A stretch of 64,000 bases of DNA from an uncultured Syntrophaceae bacterium (lineage in GTDB: Bacteria > Desulfobacterota > Syntrophia > Syntrophales > PHBD01), in contig CAZODI010000007.1 of the NCBI GenBank assembly GCA_964578535.1, positions 18,785 through 82,784 on the forward strand. The letters are read 5' to 3'. Both the position numbers and the translations under genes were made by a program. The notes beneath the pieces are model-generated. The model did no database searches. It was not told where the DNA came from and worked only from the letters and a program-made list of their open reading frames with translations. Positions 23,292-34,900 of the stretch are shown in pieces (position 1 is the stretch's first letter; every line of letters begins with the position of its first letter).

Positions 23292-23331
23292 ATGAAAAAA
23301 AGCGGAGGGCGGATTTCAAATCCGGCCTCCG
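23292..23331 (-). terminator. rho-independent terminator of ligA (hairpin usable on both strands)
   Basis: Stem cggagggcggat/atccggcctccg (one mismatch) with loop ttcaa. On the minus strand it is followed by a T7-rich tract (complement of 23294-23300). It starts 33 nt after the ligA stop. Confidence 0.6.
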
Positions 23332-23363
23332 TTGTTTTGTTTCCTATAAAAGAAACTGACCTG

Positions 23364-25939
<2,576 letters not shown>

Positions 25940-26141
25940 GGTCCTGCCTTTTCCCGTTTTCTGCGGATGATCGGGCATTCTATCGGGGCCGCCGGGGATT
26001 GTCAAAAACAAATGCGGCAGTCGACACGCGGGTACGATTATTGGTGCCGTCCATTCGGTGATAGGTCCATCTCACGTTAGGTTGAAAGGCCTTTACTCCG
26101 GAGTTTGGCTGTGGTTTAATCCCGGCCCGAAAGGGGGTTCC

Positions 26142-26354
26142 ATGGTCAGGCTTTCCGACGGGAGCGAATTCTGTCGCGTGTGCAACCAAAAACCTTCCGT
26201 GGTCCTGTGCGACGGCTGCGAGAAGGCTCTTTGCACGGACTGCCGGAAGTTCGACCTCTGGGGCTACGGATGCGGCCACGTGGACACGAAGGTGTTCTGC
26301 GAGGCCTGCGCCCGGGATCCCCGCATCAATCCCTACGGCGGCTGCATTGACTGA
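26142..26354 (+). CDS. small Cys-rich zinc-binding protein (B-box-like zinc ribbon, 70 aa)
   Basis: ATG 26142 after AAGGGGG. The ligand pattern CxxC-x7-CxxC-x4-CxxC-x9-CxH-x7-CxxC is read directly from the translation. Confidence 0.6.
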   Translation: MVRLSDGSEFCRVCNQKPSVVLCDGCEKALCTDCRKFDLWGYGCGHVDTKVFCEACARDPRINPYGGCID

Positions 26355-26370
26355 GGGCGTGCGGGCGCCC

Positions 26371-27909
26371 ATGCCCGAAGAGGGACCCACCAACGGCTCG
26401 CACCGCTCGCGCTCCATTTTGCATCAGGTCCAGCTGAGGCTTGCCAGCGCCTGGGACATCCTCGTGGACTCGGTGATCAACTACCAGAACAACGGGGATG
26501 TGAACCAGGCGGCGGCCATCGCCTTTTACGCCATCCTCTCCTTTCTTCCTCTATTCATCCTCACGTTCCTGACGGCGGGTTATTTTTTCAGCTCCTATCC
26601 CGAGGTGCAGCGGCAGTTCATAGAAGGAATCCAGCGTTTTCATCCCTACTTCACGGGGGACATCCTGATCCAGCTCGGGCAGCTGGACGAAAAGAGCCAG
26701 CTTCTGGGCTGGGTGGGCTTCATCACGCTGATCTGGTTCTCCTCCATGATCTTCGGGGCCGCGGAGACGGCCTTCAACCTGATCTACCGGACGAAGACGA
26801 TCCGGAACTACGTGGTTTCGAAGCTGCTGTCCTTCGCCATGATCCCGGCGGCCTGGGCCGTCGGCATCCTGAGCGTGGGGATCACGACCATCGCCACCAT
26901 CGTGGCCAGCCAGCCGGTCCTGGCAGACAGCCTTTTCACCCACCTGCCGATCCTGAAGGGTGTCCTGTTCCGATATGTCCTCCCTTACATTGTCACGGTG
27001 ATCTTCTTCACCCTGGTCTACAAGGTCATCCCGGTGAACAAAATCTCCCTGGGGCTGGCCTTTACGGGAAGCGCCGTCTTTTCGGCCCTGATGGAGGTGG
27101 CGAAGCACTTCTTCGCCTGGTACATCGCGAACTACACCCGATACGACATCATCTTCGGCTCCCTGCAGACGGTGGTCGTCCTGATCATCTGGGTGTTCTA
27201 CGTGGCCCTGATCTTCCTGTTCTGCGCCGAGCTGATGGCCTCCTACCGGCGCCGGGACCTGATTCTCATCGAGCGGGCCATCCTGAAGCCGGGTGGCCCC
27301 GGGATGAAGGTGTGGGAGAGGCTCTTCCGCCGCTTCGGCCGCATCTATCCGCAGGGAGGGGTCATCTTCCAGGAAGGCGACGAGGGGCGTGACATGTACT
27401 TCGTCCTGGCCGGCCGGATTCGTCTGGAGAAGAAGGCCAGCCGGGTCCGGAAGGTACTGGCGGAACTGGGGCCCGGCGAATACTTCGGCGAGATGGCCGC
27501 CCTTCTTGAGGCTCCCCGGACCGCCACGGCCAACGCCGTGGAGGAAAGCGATGTGGCCGTCATCGACGGTGGGACCCTTCGCCGCCTCCTCCGGCAAAAC
27601 GACGAGATGTCGATGTTCATGATGAAGGAGTTTGCCCAGCGGATCCGCCGCACCGACGCGCTCGTGGACGAGCTTTCCCAATGGTGGCTTCGCCTGGTGG
27701 CCATTCTCTACCTGACCCGCTCCTGGCCCATTTCTTCGGATGTGGATCCGGCGACGGAGATCGCCGCCTGCTCCGGTAGGGATCCCGAGGAGATACGGGA
27801 TGTTCTGTCGGGTCTCGCCCAGGATGGAGTGGTCGATATCCGGGACGGGCACGTAACCGGATTCGATCCGGGGCGGGCGTGGGAGGTCAGCAGCACGCAC
27901 ATATACTGA
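26371..27909 (+). CDS. YihY/BrkB-family membrane protein fused to a CRP-like cyclic-nucleotide-binding module
   Basis: The N-terminal 6-TM YihY pattern (AAAIAFYAILSFLPLFIL...) is followed by a cNMP cassette (IFQEGDEGRDMYFVLAGRIRL...GPGEYFGEMAALLEAPRTATA) and a short wHTH-like tail. The start is ATG 26371; TTG 26347 is an alternative that would overlap the upstream stop. Confidence 0.85.
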   Translation: MPEEGPTNGSHRSRSILHQVQLRLASAWDILVDSVINYQNNGDVNQAAAIAFYAILSFLPLFILTFLTAGYFFSSYPEVQRQFIEGIQRFHPYFTGDILIQLGQLDEKSQLLGWVGFITLIWFSSMIFGAAETAFNLIYRTKTIRNYVVSKLLSFAMIPAAWAVGILSVGITTIATIVASQPVLADSLFTHLPILKGVLFRYVLPYIVTVIFFTLVYKVIPVNKISLGLAFTGSAVFSALMEVAKHFFAWYIANYTRYDIIFGSLQTVVVLIIWVFYVALIFLFCAELMASYRRRDLILIERAILKPGGPGMKVWERLFRRFGRIYPQGGVIFQEGDEGRDMYFVLAGRIRLEKKASRVRKVLAELGPGEYFGEMAALLEAPRTATANAVEESDVAVIDGGTLRRLLRQNDEMSMFMMKEFAQRIRRTDALVDELSQWWLRLVAILYLTRSWPISSDVDPATEIAACSGRDPEEIRDVLSGLAQDGVVDIRDGHVTGFDPGRAWEVSSTHIY

Positions 27910-27950
27910 CGGAACGTTGAAAAACGATTGCATAGGACGGAGGAACGGCG

Positions 27951-28784
27951 ATGGAGATGCCGGCGGAACGGTGGCTTGAAATCAATGGACTTTCGTTTCG
28001 GTATCTCGACTGGGGGGGAGAGGAACTGCCCTTCCTGGTTCTGCTTCATGGGATCGGCGACAGCGCCCATGTCTGGGACCTCTTTGCCCGGGAGGCCCGC
28101 CGTCACTTCCGCGTTGTCGCCCTGGATCAGCGGGGCCATGGCAGGAGCGGCTGGCCGAGGCCTGCGGCGTACCGCCTGAACGACTATGTGGGCGACCTGG
28201 AGGCGGTGGTCGAGCGCCTCGCTCCCCCGAACCTGATCCTCATGGGGCACTCCATGGGAGCCCTTCACGCCACGGCCTTTGCCGCCCGGCATCCCGGCAG
28301 AGCGGCGGGGCTGGTCCACGTGGACATCGAGCCCTGCCCGCCACCCTGGAACAAGAAATACCTGACGGGTCTCTACCGCGACCTCCCCGATTCGTACGAA
28401 TCGGTCGACGCATTCGTGAGCCGGCGGATGGAAAACAGCGCCCATGCCGACCGGACGCGCCTCCTTGCTCTGTCACCCCACAACCTGCGGGAGGAGAGCG
28501 GCCGGTATCACGCCCTCAGCGATCGCGAGGTTTACGCCCACTTCGACCCGGACTACGACCTGCGGGCCGTGCTGCCTCGCATCGCCTGCCCGGTCCTGGT
28601 CGTCCGCGGCGAGGACAGCCTGGTCCTCCCCCGGGAGCCGGCGGAGGAGATGCGCCGGAGCCTGCCGCGCGGTTTCCTGGCGGAGATTCCCCGGGCGGCC
28701 CACCCCGTTCACACGGACAACCCCGAGGCATTCCGGGAGGCGGTGTTCCGATTTTTGGCGGATCACGGCCTGCTGGTCCGCTGA
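27951..28784 (+). CDS. alpha/beta-fold hydrolase
   Basis: HGIGDS oxyanion region, nucleophile elbow GHSMG and a C-terminal His (AAHPVH). Confidence 0.85.
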   Translation: MEMPAERWLEINGLSFRYLDWGGEELPFLVLLHGIGDSAHVWDLFAREARRHFRVVALDQRGHGRSGWPRPAAYRLNDYVGDLEAVVERLAPPNLILMGHSMGALHATAFAARHPGRAAGLVHVDIEPCPPPWNKKYLTGLYRDLPDSYESVDAFVSRRMENSAHADRTRLLALSPHNLREESGRYHALSDREVYAHFDPDYDLRAVLPRIACPVLVVRGEDSLVLPREPAEEMRRSLPRGFLAEIPRAAHPVHTDNPEAFREAVFRFLADHGLLVR

Positions 28785-28841
28785 CCACACACTTCCGGAC
28801 CGGTCCGGGAGGTCATCCCTCACCCGTATTCCACGGTTTTC

Positions 28842-31800
28842 CTACCACATGTAGCGCATGTCGATGGTCAAGGCATGGCTGGTCTGCCTCGACTTCAGCT
28901 CGCCGGCCCAGGCGAGGGAAAAGGTGAAGGCGTCGGTGATCTTTCCCGTCAACCCCAGGGAGAAGATGCCGCTGTTCCGCCCGATCGTGTCGGAATAGAC
29001 CGTGAAGGACCCCGCGTCGGCCCCGGCGAAGCGGGCGTTCAGGACCGTCTCGTCGGTTCCGAACTCGCGGACCCAGCGGGCGGAGAGCCTGGGGGTGAGG
29101 GAGAAGGATTCCCCGACCGTAAAGGTCCTGGCAAGCTGGAGGCCGAGGGTGCCCTGGAGGAAGGTAGCGTCTTCGGCCTCCGCATCGAGGTTCAGGGAAT
29201 CGGCGCCGGTCTCCGTGAACGCGCTCCGGTGGTGCCGGAGGGCCAGGACGGAGGCGAAGGGCGTGATCTCGAATCCCCCAAGCGATGCCCTGTACCCGCC
29301 CTCGACGGAGGCGCCGAGTTCGTAGCCGCTGTACGAAGCCGCGGCGGTGCGGGAAACGGTTCCGAAGGAGATGGAGCGGGTGGTGTCGTAGCCGTTCCGG
29401 GTGAAGGAGAGGCCCCCGTCGGCGCACCATGGTCCGCTTCTCCAGGTTCCATAGAGGGCTGCCTGATAGCTTTCTTCGCTTCCGGAGTCGCCGAGGTCCG
29501 GGAAGTCCACGTCCGTCTTCGAATACCCGAGGGCGACGCCGGTCCGGAAGCCTCCGCGGACGAGGAGGTCGACGCCGGTGACGAAGCCCCGGACGGTGTA
29601 ATCGTACCGGGAGGCGATGTCTTCTCCGTCACGGTTTCCCTTGGCCCCGTAGCCCCGGATCCAGAGGCCGAAGGGATAGATGATTTGTCCCGCAGCGCCG
29701 GCCAGGGCGAGGACGGCATCGGAGAAGGAGGATCCGCTCATGGCGGAGATCGGGGGGGCGTCTCCGGCGAAGGCCCCGGCGGCCTTCTCCGGAGAGGGTG
29801 CATCCTGCGGAAAGAGGCTCCGGAAAAACGAGGCGTGCCTGACGGCGTCGATGGCGGGATAGGCGGTGTGGCTGGCGCCGCCCAGCCGGTTGAAGGCGGC
29901 CCTGGCCTTCGTGTAATCGAGGGTATGAAGGGAATCGAAGACAGTAAGGAGGTTCCCCGAGGCGGTCTCCCAGGCGCCGTCGAGGTATGTCGAGACGGCC
30001 CGTTCGTTCCGGGTCAGGGCGGCCCGGATGAGGGCGGACCGGAGCATGATATAGGCGTCACAGGCGTCATAATAGACCCGGGCGTCCGACAGGCCGTAGT
30101 CCATGCTGACGGAGTCGAACGTTCCCGTGAGGCCGTTCGTCGTGTCGATGATCCGGTATCGGACGCCGTACTTCATGCCCCGGGGGTCGAGCGACACCGT
30201 GGCTCCGGACTCGATGGTCGCCGTATTGGAGACGATATGCGCAAAGGTGCCGTCGGCTTTGAGGGTGGGCCGATAGGTGGAGCCGGATCCGAAGGCCATC
30301 GTTCCCTTGATATCCAGGATGCCGTCCTCGATGCGAATCATCTTCCCGCCCTTGAAGTCCCCGTCTACGGTCCAGGTGCCGGTGCCCGTCTTGGTCAGAT
30401 ACTCGAAGTTGACGATGGAGCCCTTCGCGATTTCACCCGCGCCGTCGAGGAAGATCCGGTCCGCCGTACCGTTGACGAGCTCCGGGTCCGTATCGTCCGC
30501 GTCGTCGCCGTCCACGCTTCCGGAGATCTTCGATCCGCTCCTCAGGATGACGGTGTCGTCGCCCTCGCCCATGGTGATGGCCGGTCCCTGCTCCGCTGAG
30601 ATCGTGCCGGCGTTGTCGACCAGGTCGTTGCCCGAGCCCCAGAAGCGGACGGCGGCGTAGGTATATTGGGGATCGAATTCCCCCACGCTCCGGATAACAC
30701 CGGTGGCGGCGTTGTAAAGTGTACGGTCTCCGTCCCCCCAGAACATGACGACCCCTAACCCTCCCGGCCCGGATATGAGGCCTCTGTTGATCATGCTTCC
30801 GGCATTCCGCATCAGAGCTGTGGCAGCTCCATCGGAGAGCAGCTTTCCTGTTTCGTTGTTGATCAAAAGACCGCGGCCGATCGCAACAGCGTCTCCTGTT
30901 CCTCCCTGGATGAGGTTGTCGTTGATTATCGTTACGAAATGCTCACTGCCGTTGACCCAGATGCCATCCTGACCGCCGTGTATGGTGCCGGTGTTGTGTA
31001 TGGTTCCGCCGACAATGTCGATGGCATTGTAATCAGCGGTGATTTCCCCCTCATTTTCGATCAGGCTGTCCGTTCCGAGGCTGACCCCCCATTTGCCGGA
31101 GATCGTTCCCCCCTGATCATTATACAGCTTGTTCCCGGTGCCCGGCAGGTAGATGGCACGGCTGAAACCCTCCGGTGGATTGGATGCCTCAATTTTTCCG
31201 CTGTTTTCGACCGTTATGTTCTTTGATGAAGTCGAGCCGTAGATGACTGTCGAACCGGGTTGACCGGTAAACCCGTTAGCGGACAAGGTTCCACCAGCAC
31301 GATTGACAATGCGGCCTGACGACATCATAAAGATGGTATATCCTTCACTGCTGTTGATCGTTCCGCTGTTGTCCAGGGTGAGATCGCCTTCCGCATAAAT
31401 TGCAGCATACTTGCCTCTGATCGTGCCTCCGGCGTTGTTGGTGATGCTGCCGCTCCGCATGACGATCGCATACCCGGTTGAAGAAATCGTTCCACTGTTG
31501 CTGACCGAGCCGTTCAGCGCATTTGTAGATGTGCCGTTTGCATAGAGGTTGAAGTTGATCGCCCGGCTGCTTGTGCCCGTGCTTGCAACCGTGCTTCCGG
31601 CCGCCACATTGACGTTCCAGCCGGCGGTCTTGCCCCAGAGGGCGTAGGAGCCGCTCGACGTGACGGATCCCGTGGACGTCACGTAGGCCTGCTTCGTCTC
31701 CGCCCCGCTTTCGGCGGCCAGGTTGACTCCCTCTGTGCGGGCGCCGTCGATCACGACGTCCGCGGAGGCGGGAGCCGCCGTCATGAGAGTGACCGCCACA

Positions 31801-31871
31801 GGCATGATCAGGCCGAAGAGGAGAAGAAAGCGGGACGGGCAATGAAACGGAAAACAATGGAGCCCTTTCAT
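28842..31871 (-). CDS. classical (type Va) autotransporter outer-membrane protein
   Basis: ATG 31871 after AAGGA. Signal peptide ...MTAAPASA|DVV. The passenger is Gly/Ser/Thr/Asn-rich with beta-helix-type repeats (G.I.N.G.I). The C-terminal ~280-aa beta-barrel pattern ends ...LTIDMRYMW, with a terminal aromatic residue. Confidence 0.9.
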   Translation of the reverse strand: MKGLHCFPFHCPSRFLLLFGLIMPVAVTLMTAAPASADVVIDGARTEGVNLAAESGAETKQAYVTSTGSVTSSGSYALWGKTAGWNVNVAAGSTVASTGTSSRAINFNLYANGTSTNALNGSVSNSGTISSTGYAIVMRSGSITNNAGGTIRGKYAAIYAEGDLTLDNSGTINSSEGYTIFMMSSGRIVNRAGGTLSANGFTGQPGSTVIYGSTSSKNITVENSGKIEASNPPEGFSRAIYLPGTGNKLYNDQGGTISGKWGVSLGTDSLIENEGEITADYNAIDIVGGTIHNTGTIHGGQDGIWVNGSEHFVTIINDNLIQGGTGDAVAIGRGLLINNETGKLLSDGAATALMRNAGSMINRGLISGPGGLGVVMFWGDGDRTLYNAATGVIRSVGEFDPQYTYAAVRFWGSGNDLVDNAGTISAEQGPAITMGEGDDTVILRSGSKISGSVDGDDADDTDPELVNGTADRIFLDGAGEIAKGSIVNFEYLTKTGTGTWTVDGDFKGGKMIRIEDGILDIKGTMAFGSGSTYRPTLKADGTFAHIVSNTATIESGATVSLDPRGMKYGVRYRIIDTTNGLTGTFDSVSMDYGLSDARVYYDACDAYIMLRSALIRAALTRNERAVSTYLDGAWETASGNLLTVFDSLHTLDYTKARAAFNRLGGASHTAYPAIDAVRHASFFRSLFPQDAPSPEKAAGAFAGDAPPISAMSGSSFSDAVLALAGAAGQIIYPFGLWIRGYGAKGNRDGEDIASRYDYTVRGFVTGVDLLVRGGFRTGVALGYSKTDVDFPDLGDSGSEESYQAALYGTWRSGPWCADGGLSFTRNGYDTTRSISFGTVSRTAAASYSGYELGASVEGGYRASLGGFEITPFASVLALRHHRSAFTETGADSLNLDAEAEDATFLQGTLGLQLARTFTVGESFSLTPRLSARWVREFGTDETVLNARFAGADAGSFTVYSDTIGRNSGIFSLGLTGKITDAFTFSLAWAGELKSRQTSHALTIDMRYMW

Positions 31872-31935
31872 GGATGATTCCTTTGCTCGCAAGACCGGGT
31901 ACCCGGCCGGTTTTCAAATCCGGCCGGGACGCGTT

Positions 31936-34900
31936 TTATCGGATGAAAACCACCGACATGAGATCGGCCGGTTTTGTCTCCATTTCCTGACGGGCGACCT
32001 GAAGGCCCATGAGGACGGCCTCCATCGTGTCGACGGGCAGGGAAGAATCGCCGTTCCGGACAATAAGGACGCCGTCGGGGGTGACGGTCGCCGTCAGCCG
32101 GGAGGTCATGCCGTTTGCCGCGGTCAGGGAGAAGGAAACCGACATTTCCGGGGTAGTATTGTCAACCCCGGGCGCCGTCCCGGTCGGTGCCGATGCCGTC
32201 CGGGTCAGGGAGATGGCGGTGCTGCTTTCCCGGACCTCGAAGGTTCCTGCGGGGGCGGGTGCGGATCTTTTGTCCTGCACATAAATCGGCAGGGTGGCCG
32301 TCCCGTTCATGGATCCGGGTGTTGTCGCTCCGCCGGTGAGCAGGGTCGTGGTCGGTCCCGCCGTCCGGATGATCACCGGTGCCAGGAAGGAAGCGGAGGC
32401 GAAGAAGATGCGCTCTTCGCGATGCCGGAGGTCGGCGGTATGCCTGATGTTTTCCCGCGCCGCCTCGATGACGGCCAACGGCGGCCGGATCGTGCCGGGC
32501 GGATTCACGGTGCCGGACGGATTGACATCGGGCGGGCTCACGGCAACAACGGTGAGGGTGCCGTTGACGAACCCGAGGTTGTAGTTGTTCGACGTCAGGC
32601 CGGACGGATCAATGCTGTAGGTACCGGCCTCGACGGCTCCCTGGCTCGATCCGCCGTAGGCGAGGAGGCCGCCCAGGACGCTGCTGTCTTCCCCGTTGAC
32701 GAAACCGGCATAGGTGACGCCGTTGCCGCCGGAATAGGCCGCTCCGTCGTACAGCTTCCGGTCGTCGTTGGCCGTGACGGTCAGGGGGGCCGGGGTGATG
32801 TCCGCCGAGGCGGTGGCCGTGGAATGCTGGAGCTTGTAGTTGCCGCTGTCCGTACCGTCCAGGGAGATGTCGGTAACGTGGATGGACTTCCCCGTTCCGA
32901 CGTTCTCGTCGTCGAAGTCTGCCGTCTGGTTGAAACTGACGCTGTCGCCGTCGATGATGTCCGAAGACGATCCGGTGACCGTGGCTGCCGTGGTTCCGTC
33001 GTAGACCTTGTCATTCCCCGTGTAGCGGACGGTCACGTCCCTGGGAGTGATCGTGATGGTGGAGGTCCCGTCGCCCTTGATGTCGTATCCCTGCTGCCCG
33101 GAGTAAAGGCCGCCGACGGTAACGGAGTATGTTCCAACGTCTTTGCCCTCGGTTGTGTAGACCGCGGATCCGGAGACCTTGCTTTCGTCGAAGTCGTCCG
33201 GTACGTTTGTCCAAGCGTACGATCCGTTCTTGATGCCGGTGGTTCCGTCGTACACTTTCGTCCTGCCGGCATCGGACAGGACGACGGTGGCGGGTGTCAT
33301 GAAATTCCGGAGGAGGGGATAGGTGCAGCCGTCATAGATGCGCCAGGTCTTTCCGGTCTGGCCGGCATCGTCGATATCCCAGCCGGCGGAGGCAAACGTG
33401 GCCAGGTTCTTCATCTCGGCGGTGGTCTTGCCGATGCCGGCGGCGGAGACCGTCCGGCCCGAGGTCTCTATGTCCCAGAAGCTGCCGGTGACCGTGCCGC
33501 TGTTCGTCCCCACGAGCCCGCCGACTTCGGACGTTCCGCTCACCTTGCCGGTGCTGTAGCTGTTCGTGATGGTTCCGCCGGCATCGTTGGTCCCTACGAG
33601 TCCTCCCACGGACGCATTTCCGGAAACCGTCCCGGTGCTGTAGGTGTCGGCTACCCTGCCGCTGTTCTGTCCGACGAGCCCTCCGACGTTTGATGTCCCG
33701 GTCACGCTCCCATTGTTGAAAGAGCCGGTCACGGTGTTCATGTTCCATCCCGCAACTCCTCCGACCTCCGATGTCCCGGTCACGGTCCCACGGTTGTAAC
33801 TGTTTTCGATCCTGCCCCCATTCAATCCCGCGAGCCCCCCGGTTCTTTTGGAACCTGTCACCGTGCCGGTGTTCCAGCTCTCTTCGATGCTGCCGCCCAA
33901 GTCGTTTTTCCCTGCGAGTCCGCCGGCGTCGATGAGGTCGGCATCGGGAAGATTGCGTATCTCCCCGCTGTTGCCGCTCCTGGTGATGGACCCGAAATTC
34001 GTGCCGACCAGACCGCCGATACGGGCCAGGCCGGTCACCGTCCCGGTGTTTTCGCTGCCTGTGATGATCCCTTCGTTCTGTCCCGCGATGCCGCCGCCGT
34101 CACCCGTATTGGCGGTCACCGTTCCGGAATTGCGGCTGTTGATGATTTTTCCGTTGTTGCCTCTGCTGATTCCCGCGATCCCGCCGACAAACATGTCCCC
34201 GCTGACCGGGCCGCTGTTGCTGCTGTCGCGGATCGTCCCCCGATTGTCTCCCACGAGGCCGCCGACATACCCGACGCCCGTCACCTTGCCGTTGCCGTGA
34301 CTGCTGCCGGTGATGGTTCCCTCGTTGTATCCCACCAGCCCGCCGGTTCCGTTGTATTCGTCATTCATCGCCGCGGTGCCGTTTACCGTGGCCGTGCTGT
34401 AGCTGTTGATCACGTTCCCGAAGTTGCGTCCGACCAGTGCACCGAGGGATCCCGATCCCGTGATGGTGCCGCCCGACAGGCCGACATTGCGGATCTTGCC
34501 GCTTGTCCCGACCGCGCCGAACAGGCCGCCCGACGACACCTGGCGATTCTTGATGTAGATGTTCGAGATGGTATGGCCCAGCCCTTCGAAGGTGCCGGTA
34601 TAAGGATTCGCGTCGTCTCCGATCGGCTTGAAACCGTAACAGACAGAGGGTCTTTCCATGGTTTCGTTCCAGGTATCGGTTACCTTGGCGTCGATGTCGG
34701 CACCCAGGGCGTAGTTTTTCGTGAGATCCCCGTTCATGCCCTGGAGATCGGTCCCGGTGCGGCTGCCCTCGGCGCCCAGGCGGGTAATGACGGTGAAGAT
34801 CTTCTCCGTGCCCTCGGAGCCGAGGCGGGTGCGGAGGTTTTCGCCCTCGGGGAGATAGACCCTGGCATTGATAAAATAATCCGCCGCGGTCCCGTTGATG

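Noticed and set aside
23303-23331. tRNA or tmRNA T-arm-like hairpin (GGCGGATTTCAAATCCGGCC)
   Set aside because: No acceptor, D or anticodon arms can be built around it. It sits 33 nt after the ligA stop with a T-tract on the minus strand, so it is better explained as an intrinsic terminator.
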